DNA of 49,624 nucleotides from IMG/VR virus record IMGVR_UViG_3300006046_000008, positions 1 through 49,624 of that record; one strand, given 5' to 3'. Below are positions 1 through 8,427 of the stretch, in pieces. The DNA comes from a virus (taxonomy: Duplodnaviria; Caudoviricetes). The notes below the pieces were generated by a model. That model ran no database searches. It had not been told where the DNA came from and saw only the letters and a program-made list of their open reading frames with translations. Positions within the stretch are counted from its first letter, which is position 1. Every line of letters begins with the position of its first letter. The translations under genes were made by a program, and so were the position numbers.

Positions 1-1
1 C

Positions 2-190
2 TGGGATCCCTACACCTGGGATCGCACAGACCCGGATCTAGTTCGTGCAGTGGAAGAGCTGGGGCAGCTGGCCGGCGAGGGCCTTGTAGTGCGCAACATT
101 GATTCTGGCCAGCTCTACCGCATTTGCGAGTACGACGGAAAAGAGTGGCTGGAGTTTCCATCTGACATCAACTGGGAGATTGCAACATGA
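2..190 (+). CDS. 5'-truncated conserved phage hypothetical protein (DRTDPDLVRAVEELG...EYDGKE family)
   Basis: Manual translation of frame 2 is open from the window edge to TGA at 188-190, overlapping the next ATG (ATGA). The DRTDPDLV..VEELG / I.EYDG.E pattern recurs in phage small proteins. Confidence 0.65.
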   Translation, partial: WDPYTWDRTDPDLVRAVEELGQLAGEGLVVRNIDSGQLYRICEYDGKEWLEFPSDINWEIAT

Positions 191-303
191 CACCTGACAA
201 GCTTGACTTACTCTTCGGAGGACAGAATTACATCATCCTCTGGATAGTATTAGCAGCCCTAGTTTGGGGCATTTGGAAACACTTCACACACTACGACTCA
301 TAG
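187..303 (+). CDS. small membrane protein (38 aa)
   Basis: Manual translation MTPDKLDLLFGGQNYIILWIVLAALVWGIWKHFTHYDS; one hydrophobic helix; GGAG upstream; ATGA coupling with the previous ORF. Confidence 0.55.
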   Translation: MTPDKLDLLFGGQNYIILWIVLAALVWGIWKHFTHYDS

Positions 304-331
304 AGCGGCTTCGCCGCCAGGAGTAATTCCC

Positions 332-562
332 ATGAACGACTCTCGGAAGAACCATCTTGAAGCAGCTAGCAAACTCATCTCACAAGCCATGGATCTCATC
401 AAAGATCTAGGAGATGAGGAACAAGAAGCCTTCGATAACCTACCACAGGGCTTGAAGGATGCAGAGCAGGGAGAGAACATCTCAACCACCATTACCATTC
501 TCGACAGCACAGTGGGTGCACTGGAGGAAGCTCTCTCAGGGATCGACGACGCTTTGGCTTGA
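332..562 (+). CDS. conserved phage hypothetical helical protein (DEEQEAFDNLP family)
   Basis: AGGAG RBS; the MN..R...DEEQEAFDNLP.GL...E.GE pattern is common among phage early proteins. Confidence 0.75.
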   Translation: MNDSRKNHLEAASKLISQAMDLIKDLGDEEQEAFDNLPQGLKDAEQGENISTTITILDSTVGALEEALSGIDDALA

Positions 563-607
563 CTCAAAGCGACCTTGAAGTTTATCTTCCCACGCGCCTT
601 CACCTTT

Positions 608-664
608 TGACTTGCACCTGACTTGCACTCTAGTTGGCTTTTGACTTGCACTCTAGTTGGCTTT
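608..664. repeat. tandem repeat: 2 x 23 bp TGACTTGCACTCTAGTTGGCTTT plus a third partial TGACTTGCAC
   Basis: Copies at 619-641 and 642-664, partial copy at 608-617; intergenic. Confidence 0.9.
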
Positions 665-718
665 GGTGTCCAGCGGACTTGATTGTCCGCTGGCATCCTA
701 AACCAAAGGAGAGTAGCC

Positions 719-937
719 ATGAAAACCTCAGACCGCTTTAACCACAGGATTAGCACTCTAGTCGATACATATCAGGGTGCAGTCCCTCTCGCTCGCCTTC
801 TACTTGAAGCAGCACGCTTGGAGAGTGAATCTGGTCGACCAGAGCTATATCTTCAGCAGGAGTATGGTGATGTCTTCCTCCTTCTCACCTTCTCAGATGG
901 AAGCACCGCAACTCTAGCAGTAAATGAGGAGATGTGA
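719..937 (+). CDS. hypothetical protein
   Basis: AAGGAG RBS before ATG at 719; ORF track 683..937. Confidence 0.65.
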   Translation: MKTSDRFNHRISTLVDTYQGAVPLARLLLEAARLESESGRPELYLQQEYGDVFLLLTFSDGSTATLAVNEEM

Positions 938-938
938 G

Positions 939-1145
939 ATGAGACCACAGGATTTTTGCCCACGCCTTCGCGCCTATTCTCATGAGGATGCAGATGGCAT
1001 CTCCTGGGACATGGAGGCAATAGCAGTTGACTTCATCTCACTTGCAAAGGCAGGTGGGATGGATGAAGCTGCTTTCTTTCGTGCCCTGCATCAGACCTGG
1101 CCGGAGGTCACAGTTGATTTGCGTCTTGAGAGGGAGCTAAACTAA
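939..1145 (+). CDS. hypothetical protein
   Basis: GAGGAG upstream; tightly packed after the previous gene. Confidence 0.6.
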   Translation: MRPQDFCPRLRAYSHEDADGISWDMEAIAVDFISLAKAGGMDEAAFFRALHQTWPEVTVDLRLERELN

Positions 1146-1183
1146 TGCCCGGGATTTGCATTCTGACTGGAAGGAGCTTCTAG

Positions 1184-1570
1184 ATGCCAATCACTCAAGA
1201 ACGCATGATCGCCCTTTGCACCGAGGGCCTGGCCCAGCGTCAAGCCTTCGTTCGCTTGCGAGATGAAATCAGCACCACCTTAGCAGCCCATCGCATGGAT
1301 ACCCTCATGGCGATAACCCTGATCGAGGGCATCATAGCGACCTCCCAACTCCCACCGGCGGACAACCTCATTGCAGAGTCCGTCCATTGGCGCTACCGCA
1401 GGGGCGCGAACGAGAAGAACAGGGATCGCATGCGCAGAAAGCGGGCTACCCAGCCCCATCCAATCAACGCGCCAACCAGCGTTATCCGCCCCCTCACTGA
1501 CTCTGACTTGGAGAACCTTAACCTTGATGAGGAATTTGCGCGTTGGAACCGAGGAGAATCTCATGATTAA
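1184..1570 (+). CDS. hypothetical protein with basic stretch and acidic C-terminal motif
   Basis: AAGGAG RBS; 128 aa; overlaps the next start. Confidence 0.7.
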   Translation: MPITQERMIALCTEGLAQRQAFVRLRDEISTTLAAHRMDTLMAITLIEGIIATSQLPPADNLIAESVHWRYRRGANEKNRDRMRRKRATQPHPINAPTSVIRPLTDSDLENLNLDEEFARWNRGESHD

Positions 1571-1784
1571 GATCGAAACTGGAATTCCTGTCCCTGGAGA
1601 TAGCAGAGGTAGATGCAGAAAATATCCCTTCTGTGATATGCAGATCGGGGACTCCTTCTCTGCCCCCTCACAGAGTAAAGTCGTTTCTGCAGCATCAAAA
1701 TACAAGCGGGAGCATCCTGGATGGAACTACACCACCCGACGCGATGGCACTGGCGTTGCTTGCAGAATTTGGCGCATCTCCTAG
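1563..1784 (+). CDS. small putative DNA-binding protein (KYPF..M.IGDSF family)
   Basis: MIKIETGIPVP...KYPFCDMQIGDSF...RIWR is a widespread phage small-protein pattern; GAGGAG RBS. Confidence 0.75.
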   Translation: MIKIETGIPVPGDSRGRCRKYPFCDMQIGDSFSAPSQSKVVSAASKYKREHPGWNYTTRRDGTGVACRIWRIS

Positions 1785-1917
1785 GGCGTTGTGCCTGCAG
1801 GGCATTAACACTCGAGCCCACAGACACTGGCTCTTTACAGCCAATCTCTTGACTCGAAGCTACCTTAGCATTAACATTCTCAATGCGCAGACGTGCGCAT
1901 TGAGGAGCATCATAGCT

Positions 1918-2670
1918 ATGGCAAATGTCACCATCCCCCCAGCGGGCGCAGCAATCAGCAACCACAGCTCTAATGAGCGCCGAACAGACGCAGTAGCATC
2001 TCGCGCTCTCGCGCATGAAGCAGCACTTGCAGAGCGTGCAGAGGAGCAAGCTCGCACTCGCCGTGCAGCACTCGACGCCCCCTGGTATACAGAGCAGCTC
2101 GACCCCAACAACTTTGGCGCCAACGAGTTCCTGGACCCTCAGCACATCGCGATGTTCAACGGGACGGCCGGAGGCCGTCGCGCGGCCAGCTTTCCCGAGC
2201 GAACCCTCGACACCGGCCTTCACTTCAATCCCACGCCATCGGCTCTCAGCCCTAGTGGTGCCAGTGAGCGCGATATCGCCACCCCACTCCATCCCGAAAT
2301 CCTTACCGACATCATACTCGATCTCTGGACCCCCTCAACCTCTTATGGCGCCCTTGGACAAGCGCTGGGTGTCGCCACCGACGCTCCCCCCTCAATCGCT
2401 TGTCCAGCCGAGCCTCCCCTTACAATCTCACCCCCGCTAGATAGCACTAACTTGCCTGAAGTCCCACCGGAGAGTGCGCCGGAGGGCAGCAGCAGGGCAA
2501 AGCGCCAAGCGGACTGGGCAGCCCAGGGCGACCCAGCTAACCCCACCACAGGGCAGCCGGCAGGGCAGCCGAAAGATGACGCAGCGCAGAAGCGCCAGCG
2601 CGACGAAGCAGCTCGCCAGAAGCGTGAAGCGGAAGAGAAGCGGCAGCGAGACGAGGCAGCAAAGAAGTAG
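1918..2670 (+). CDS. hypothetical, largely disordered protein with C-terminal charged coiled-coil
   Basis: GAGGAG RBS at about 1902-1907 before ATG 1918 (ORF track 1633..2670); Pro/Ala-rich; QKRQRDEAA repeated. Confidence 0.7.
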   Translation: MANVTIPPAGAAISNHSSNERRTDAVASRALAHEAALAERAEEQARTRRAALDAPWYTEQLDPNNFGANEFLDPQHIAMFNGTAGGRRAASFPERTLDTGLHFNPTPSALSPSGASERDIATPLHPEILTDIILDLWTPSTSYGALGQALGVATDAPPSIACPAEPPLTISPPLDSTNLPEVPPESAPEGSSRAKRQADWAAQGDPANPTTGQPAGQPKDDAAQKRQRDEAARQKREAEEKRQRDEAAKK

Positions 2671-2799
2671 CATTGGCCTAGCGTCCTCCCAAGCATAGGC
2701 CTGATGGATGTGTTCAGTTGGCCTTCGGCCAACCTAATGGGTATCTTCACAAAGCGAACACACCCATCGAACTCGTGATTAGCGCCCTGCCAATGGGTC

Positions 2800-2828
2800 T
2801 TGACAACTGTGCATAAGTGTGCCATCAT
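2800..2828 (+). promoter_or_regulatory. sigma70-type promoter TTGACA-N17-CATCAT
   Basis: Perfect -35, 17-nt spacer, TGTG before -10; near-identical spacer start to the 7884 promoter. Confidence 0.7.
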
Positions 2829-2851
2829 GGCGGGCAAAGGAGTCCCATGCC

Positions 2852-3181
2852 ATGAAATCGCTCACCATAGCTCTCGCGCCGAACGGCAGCTTTAGGCTGC
2901 AACTCCCAACCCACTTTGTTGACATCCCAGCAACAGAGGCGGGCATCCACCTTCTAGCTACCACAATCAGGGATTGGACGCAGGATGCCAAAATCGCAAC
3001 CCCCGGCAGTCCAACCCAGGCCCAAATCCTTGAAGCCCTCAGAGGAGCCTCCTGGGGAGAACCGAAGCAACTCGCAGGGCACTCGAAGCGCCGGGCAGAT
3101 ATTAAAGCAGCAACTGGTGTTGTTGTCCGTCCTGCGAAGAAGGAGAAACACCAGCTCAGCTTAGCTGATCTAGGTCTTTGA
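2852..3181 (+). CDS. hypothetical protein ending in ...QLSLADLGL
   Basis: AAGGAG RBS; ORF track 2819..3181; follows the promoter at 2800. Confidence 0.75.
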   Translation: MKSLTIALAPNGSFRLQLPTHFVDIPATEAGIHLLATTIRDWTQDAKIATPGSPTQAQILEALRGASWGEPKQLAGHSKRRADIKAATGVVVRPAKKEKHQLSLADLGL

Positions 3182-3375
3182 ACTCGTGATTGGAGGCAGC
3201 AGCACAGCCCAATGGGCGCAGGGATCATACTAGCTATAATGTTGTGGCTGAACGGCCATCAGGAGCTTGCGCACTACCTACCACCGAAGCATGACACCTG
3301 TTGTGGTTATAAAGGCTGTAACAGACATCAACATTTCTCTGGCCGCTCTTGCGGCATTCCCTGGGAGGACAGAAA

Positions 3376-3669
3376 GTGAGCATTAACTTTACCTTCATGG
3401 CAACTGAGGCGGACATCGTAGTCTACTTTGAAGATGGCAGCTCGAAGAGCTTTCCACCACAGCAAGAGGAGCACTTCCAACTCCCTTCTGGCAGTATGTG
3501 TACTTTCAGCTCCACAGCAGGACGCGAAGAGGAAGACGAGCACATGCAGCCACAACCCCCTTCTGCAGAGGAGTTCGCAGAGCGCATGCTGGCTTTCTGG
3601 ACCGGAATGCTAGATCGCGCTCGCGCAGCCCAGCAACCTTCGGCCGAAGTGCAGCCGGCGAACTCGTGA
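3376..3669 (+). CDS. hypothetical protein
   Basis: GGAGG upstream of GTG 3376 (ORF track 3349..3669); start uncertain. Confidence 0.5.
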   Translation: MSINFTFMATEADIVVYFEDGSSKSFPPQQEEHFQLPSGSMCTFSSTAGREEEDEHMQPQPPSAEEFAERMLAFWTGMLDRARAAQQPSAEVQPANS

Positions 3670-3686
3670 TTGGAGGAGCTATCCCG

Positions 3687-4283
3687 GTGCAAATCATCCT
3701 CGGCCTCTCCGGCCCGCCGAGGGCTGGCAAGGACTCCATTTGCAGCATCATCAGCGAACTGCATGGTGCAGCAGCTATCCGCCGCATGTCAGCTCCCTTG
3801 AAGACCATCGCCCTGCAGTTCATCCCCCTCGCTCAGCGCGGAGGAATCGAGCAGCGAAAAGACGACCCCCTCAACTTGCTTGGAACTAGCTACCGAGATC
3901 TCCAGATCGGCGCCTGGATCCTCGGCCGAGACCTCATGGGAGAGGATTGGCTAGGCCATCACCTTTTTGACACCATTCGCTATTGCCACTCCCCCCTCAT
4001 CCTAGTCCCAGATTTCGGCCGCCTTAGTGAAGCAATGGTGCTAGTCCACTCCGGGCTTCGCATTCTCCAGCTCAAAGTGCAACGCCGAGGCAGCACCTTT
4101 GAGGGCGACAGCAGAGAAGATTTCTCCATCCCAGGAATCTCCAACACCTTCTACATCTTTAATGATGGAACCCTAGCTGACTTACGCAACAGCGTGGTGC
4201 GTGAAGTCATGCCCTGGATTGAAGAGCAATCGAAGATGCGACCTACAGCCCATCCCACCGAGGAGCTGCCAGCATCCCCTTGA
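3687..4283 (+). CDS. deoxynucleoside monophosphate kinase
   Basis: N-terminal P-loop IILGLSGPPRAGKDS, then APLK, YRDLQI..G..GR....ED.W and PDFGR..E; GGAGG RBS before GTG 3687. Confidence 0.8.
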   Translation: MQIILGLSGPPRAGKDSICSIISELHGAAAIRRMSAPLKTIALQFIPLAQRGGIEQRKDDPLNLLGTSYRDLQIGAWILGRDLMGEDWLGHHLFDTIRYCHSPLILVPDFGRLSEAMVLVHSGLRILQLKVQRRGSTFEGDSREDFSIPGISNTFYIFNDGTLADLRNSVVREVMPWIEEQSKMRPTAHPTEELPASP

Positions 4284-4308
4284 CGGGCGCTTTGCCCCCG
4301 CATATGCT
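4280..4308 (+). promoter_or_regulatory. sigma70-type promoter TTGACG-N17-TATGCT for the tailspike gene
   Basis: -35 at 4280-4285, -10 at 4303-4308, 17-nt spacer. Confidence 0.65.
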
Positions 4309-4415
4309 CTCCGGGCTGGGAGATCCCTGTCCCGCACCCCTCGAAATCCTAGTTCCGGAGAGCACCAGCGCGCGAAGCGCGCAACGGAACTCCGAAGCAA
4401 ATCGGAGAGCACCAG

Positions 4416-7400
4416 ATGTCTAAGCATATCGGCAGCTACAGCGCAATGCACGGCCCAGCGGGCAAAGTGCTCACCGAGTATACAGAGCAGAACATCCCTC
4501 TCCTCTGGAACCACGTCGCAGAACGGATTGTAGATGTCCAGAACACCGGAAGCATTTACACTGGCCACATTTCTGGCTACACCGTCAGCGATCCCTTTTT
4601 ACTAACCGAGGACAAAGCCTTCTACTTCTCCCCCCACATCCCCAGCAACGCCAACCCCTCACTCTCCATCAACACCCTTCCAGCCTATCCCATTTTCGCC
4701 GAGGGGGGAGAGGAGCTAGCCGCCGGAGAGCTTGATCCGAACAAAACCTACGTCTTGCTTTTCCGAACTACGATTGCCCAAGAAGGCTCTTTCCCCGCCT
4801 TCTATATCCAAAAAGGCCCTCCGGGCGACACCGGCCCCAAGGGCGATGAGGGACCTCCTGGACCACCATCTGGCCTACAGTTCCCCACTGTCGCAGCCCT
4901 CTTAGCATCCACCAACGGGCCGCAAGGCGTTGGCTCCCTTTGGAAGGGCGCGAATTTCCACTACCGAGAAGCCGCCGCAGGCGCCACAGACCATCACCTC
5001 ACTACCGCCGGCGGAGTGAAACTCTACGTACTCCAGGGCGATGATGGTTGGTATAACTTTCTCGCCATGAACCCTGCTCGCGATGGCGTCACTGACGACG
5101 CGCCAAAGCTTCGCAAGCTCCTCGCCATCCGCCCCCTTTTCGACCCAGCAGAAATCCCCGGCAGCAACCCTTGGCCAGAAGGCCCCTCCATTCACATCCC
5201 GGCGGGCGATTATTTCATGAACTCCGGCCCCTGGGGCATTCAGGTCAAAGCCGTCACCCGCCTCCGCGGGGAGAGCTACAACCCTCCTGGCCACCTGCAC
5301 GCCACCACCCTGCATTTCCCCGTCGACTGCTGTGGCATGAAGTTCAACCACTTCGACACCTTTGAGAATATTATAGAAACCGTAGGTACCTTCGGCACAG
5401 GCGGAACCATCGGTTCAGTCATCGACGGTATCGGCTTCCGTGGCATTCTCACCACTGGAACTGTAGGCAACCCCAATGCACACGGCCTGTGGCTCTGCAC
5501 CGCCACTCAGGTACGGAATTGCTACATTGATAATTTCAATGGAAATGGAATCCACGCCATTGGAACCAGCATTGGTCAAAGCTACACTCCCTGGACCTCC
5601 GGCACTGACTACGCGAGACTGCAGTGCGTAGTAACCGCTGGTGGGACAAAGGGCTATCGCTGCCTCACCGATCCCGGCACTGCTTCTACCAGCCAACCTA
5701 CTCACACCGACCCTAGTGATCTAACTCCCTATCCCGACGGCTTCGTCTGGCAATACGTCAATCCGCTTACTCGCGGCGGTCCCTCTATTTCCCATTTCCA
5801 CAATGTCGGTGTAGTCGCCAACCGAGGCAGCGGAATATTCATTGACGGAGGAGACAGTAACGTCGTCACTGGCATTACCATCAACGCAGTTGCCAACGGC
5901 CGCCACGGCATCAATGACAGTAATTTCCTCGGCAACACCTGGATCGGCTGCCACTCGCGTGGCAACGGCTGCGCTACTAACGGCGGCAACCCTGCCAACC
6001 AATCCTCCATGGTCTCTTTACAGAACGGACCAGGCGGAACATACAACAAATACTACGCCAAGTTCACTACGACTGAAGCCCTGCTAGCCGCTACCCAGCC
6101 CGGTACTGATGACAGTGTTTGGATACCTACCTCTGGCGGCGGCATCAACGTTCCCTTCCATCCCTACTTCCCCGTCTGGCTGCCTGGGCAGCCCGTCGGC
6201 ACGTATTTCAAAGGCGGAGGATTCGTCGGTGACAATCCCAACGCAAGGAACACCTTCCTGGGCTGCTACCAAGAGGGAGATGAGTCCCCAGGCTTTCTAT
6301 CTGCCACCTCTATCGCAGTGGGCGGTATTACCAACTGGCAGCCCCAGGGTGGTCACATCCAGAGCAATCTCGGCGTGCTAACCTTCCCCTCTGGTGTTGG
6401 CGTGATAGATGAGAACACTAACCGTGTCAGCCTCGGTGGCGATCCCAACAGCTCCGGAACGCTTTTCCGCGCTTTGAACTACAAAGCATGGCTGGAGCCC
6501 CTTACTTGGATCTGGCAATACGACCACCCGACGGGTAATTACCAGTTAATAAACGGTGGCTCCTTCATCGCGCACTATCTCACCACCGCCAACACTACGC
6601 AAAAGATGGGCACCTCTCGCGCACAGCCCTATCTGATGCACTTCCCGACGCTGGCAATTGGTGGCGGTGGCGCTGCTACCACCACCCGCCGGCAAACCAC
6701 CAGCAACGCCATGCCAGCCACAGGGGAGTACGCCGCCGGAGATGTTATCTGGAACACCAATGCCGCAATCGACACCTATGTCGGCTGGGTCTGCACTGGA
6801 AGTGGCGTAGCGGGCACCACTCCCGCCTGGGCAACTGGGACCAACTACGCTATCCACAACTACGTGCTCGCCACCAATGGCAATACCTACCGCTGCTCTC
6901 TCGATCCAGGAGGCTCTTTCCTTTCCACCATAGAACCTTCCCACTCCAGCGGCGAGGTCATCCGCGCAGCAGCATCGGTATGGACTATCAACACCGACTA
7001 TCCCCAACATGCTTTCATCCTAGCATCGAATGGCAAATACTACCGATGTTCATTCGATCCTGGAGCCACCTTCTCCACCATCGAGCCCACCCACGCCAGC
7101 GGAGAGATCACCAACCCTATAGATGGCTACGGCTGGACTTTCGTTGCTAATTGGGCCAACAGCACTAACTACTTCCTCAACGACTGTGTCAAGGCATCCA
7201 ACGGAAAGTACTATCGCTGCACAATCGACCCAGGGAATACCTTTTGCAACACTGAGCCCACCCACGACGTAGGGGAGATTAAAGTCGCTGACGGCTATGC
7301 TTGGCTCCGCCTCTCAACTCTTTGGCTCACCGGCACTGATTACGCTCTCAACGCCTTCATTTTAGCATCCAACGGGAAGTACTACCGCTGCTCAACTGAT

Positions 7401-7835
7401 CCGGGAGCAGTAGCATCCACTGTGGAACCTTCCCACTCCAGTGGTGCAGTCACCGGCGCTGACAACTACGGTTGGACCTTTGTCAGCAATACTACAGACA
7501 ACTACGGCTGGACATTCGTCAGCAGTGCCGCTGCCACCTTCTTGCCTTTCGGCAAGACCATAGATATGCTTGAAGTAACAGCGGCGAAGAACCTCACCGC
7601 AGATATAGATCCACAGCAAATCCTCTACAGTGCCGCAATCGCCAGTGGCAGTGTCGCTCTCGGCCTTAATGTTCCCGCTACCAAAGGCGCTACCTTTAAG
7701 ATCACCCGCACTGGCAGTGGCGCCGGAGTTCTCAACGTCGGAACAGGTCCTTTGAAGCCCCTCATCACAAATAGCTGGTGTGATGTGACCTACAACGGCA
7801 CCGCCTGGTATCTCGCCGCCTACGGAACCCTTTAA
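4416..7835 (+). CDS. tailspike / polysaccharide depolymerase (beta-helix) with collagen-like linker and repeated carbohydrate-binding-like modules
   Basis: Tail-fibre-type N-terminal domain; GPPGDTGPKGDEGPPGPP; DHHLTTAGGVKLYVL linker; pectate-lyase-like DGVTDDA..IPAGDY; Asn/Gly beta-helix; five W..xT.Y...YRC..DPG...P.H repeats. Confidence 0.85.
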   Translation: MSKHIGSYSAMHGPAGKVLTEYTEQNIPLLWNHVAERIVDVQNTGSIYTGHISGYTVSDPFLLTEDKAFYFSPHIPSNANPSLSINTLPAYPIFAEGGEELAAGELDPNKTYVLLFRTTIAQEGSFPAFYIQKGPPGDTGPKGDEGPPGPPSGLQFPTVAALLASTNGPQGVGSLWKGANFHYREAAAGATDHHLTTAGGVKLYVLQGDDGWYNFLAMNPARDGVTDDAPKLRKLLAIRPLFDPAEIPGSNPWPEGPSIHIPAGDYFMNSGPWGIQVKAVTRLRGESYNPPGHLHATTLHFPVDCCGMKFNHFDTFENIIETVGTFGTGGTIGSVIDGIGFRGILTTGTVGNPNAHGLWLCTATQVRNCYIDNFNGNGIHAIGTSIGQSYTPWTSGTDYARLQCVVTAGGTKGYRCLTDPGTASTSQPTHTDPSDLTPYPDGFVWQYVNPLTRGGPSISHFHNVGVVANRGSGIFIDGGDSNVVTGITINAVANGRHGINDSNFLGNTWIGCHSRGNGCATNGGNPANQSSMVSLQNGPGGTYNKYYAKFTTTEALLAATQPGTDDSVWIPTSGGGINVPFHPYFPVWLPGQPVGTYFKGGGFVGDNPNARNTFLGCYQEGDESPGFLSATSIAVGGITNWQPQGGHIQSNLGVLTFPSGVGVIDENTNRVSLGGDPNSSGTLFRALNYKAWLEPLTWIWQYDHPTGNYQLINGGSFIAHYLTTANTTQKMGTSRAQPYLMHFPTLAIGGGGAATTTRRQTTSNAMPATGEYAAGDVIWNTNAAIDTYVGWVCTGSGVAGTTPAWATGTNYAIHNYVLATNGNTYRCSLDPGGSFLSTIEPSHSSGEVIRAAASVWTINTDYPQHAFILASNGKYYRCSFDPGATFSTIEPTHASGEITNPIDGYGWTFVANWANSTNYFLNDCVKASNGKYYRCTIDPGNTFCNTEPTHDVGEIKVADGYAWLRLSTLWLTGTDYALNAFILASNGKYYRCSTDPGAVASTVEPSHSSGAVTGADNYGWTFVSNTTDNYGWTFVSSAAATFLPFGKTIDMLEVTAAKNLTADIDPQQILYSAAIASGSVALGLNVPATKGATFKITRTGSGAGVLNVGTGPLKPLITNSWCDVTYNGTAWYLAAYGTL

Positions 7836-7851
7836 CTAGCATTGACGCGCC

Positions 7852-7874
7852 ATAGGGGCGCTTTGCGCCCCTAT
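7852..7874 (+). terminator. GC-rich hairpin after tailspike (probable terminator)
   Basis: ATAGGGGCGC-TTT-GCGCCCCTAT, 10-bp stem starting 17 nt after the stop; weak U tract. Confidence 0.55.
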
Positions 7875-7883
7875 ACAATTCCA

Positions 7884-7912
7884 TTGACAACTGTCCATGG
7901 GTGTGTCATTAT
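7884..7912 (+). promoter_or_regulatory. sigma70-type promoter TTGACA-N17-CATTAT
   Basis: Perfect -35, 17-nt spacer, TGTG extended element. Confidence 0.75.
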
Positions 7913-7948
7913 GACCATGCGGAACAACTCCGCATGGAGACTCACCAC

Positions 7949-8197
7949 ATGCCCATTACTCGTCCGAAGTTCACAGATCCAACCGGCCCGGGAACTTCTG
8001 CTTGGGAGCAGTTTGATCTTGCAGTAGCCACCTGGCGGGCGCATTGCACCCCCGGCTGGTCTACCCACAACCCCCTAGCCTATCACAAGTATCACAACCA
8101 TCGAGCAGCTATGCTTGTGCATCTTCGCAAACACGGCGCGAACGAGGCCGAATGGCTTCGTGACCTGGTGCGGGCGCTTGAAGAGGAGGCCGAATGA
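7949..8197 (+). CDS. hypothetical protein
   Basis: GGAG RBS; first gene after the 7884 promoter. Confidence 0.65.
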   Translation: MPITRPKFTDPTGPGTSAWEQFDLAVATWRAHCTPGWSTHNPLAYHKYHNHRAAMLVHLRKHGANEAEWLRDLVRALEEEAE

Positions 8198-8427
8198 TGA
8201 CCACACTCATCGCATCTACCCACTCTTTTCATTTTCGCGAGCACAAGCTCCTCGCCCGCTCCTTCGATCTCGGCGAGGGCTTTGGTGCGACCCTGAATCT
8301 CAGCACCACTGGCATCGACGCCCCCATAGTCATCTTCTTTAATGACCTGGGATATACGCAGGATCTCGCTGACGCCATCAACTCAGTCACGCGGGCTCAC
8401 AGTGATGCTTCTGCGGAGGCCGCGTGA
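8194..8427 (+). CDS. hypothetical protein
   Basis: GAGGAGG RBS; ATGA overlap. Confidence 0.7.
   Translation: MMTTLIASTHSFHFREHKLLARSFDLGEGFGATLNLSTTGIDAPIVIFFNDLGYTQDLADAINSVTRAHSDASAEAA

Noticed and set aside
290-306. T7-promoter-like TACGACTCA (also CACTATAGGGAG on the minus strand at about 46580-46592)
   Set aside because: Only partial matches, not repeated as a full consensus, and no single-subunit RNAP gene is recognisable.
2695-2775. Hammerhead ribozyme (CTGATGG...GAAC)
   Set aside because: The core deviates from CUGAnGA/GAAA and the required stems I and III cannot be built.
6828-7520. Diversity-generating retroelement TR/VR pair in the tailspike
   Set aside because: The repeats are in-frame protein repeats differing at all base types, and no reverse transcriptase is present.
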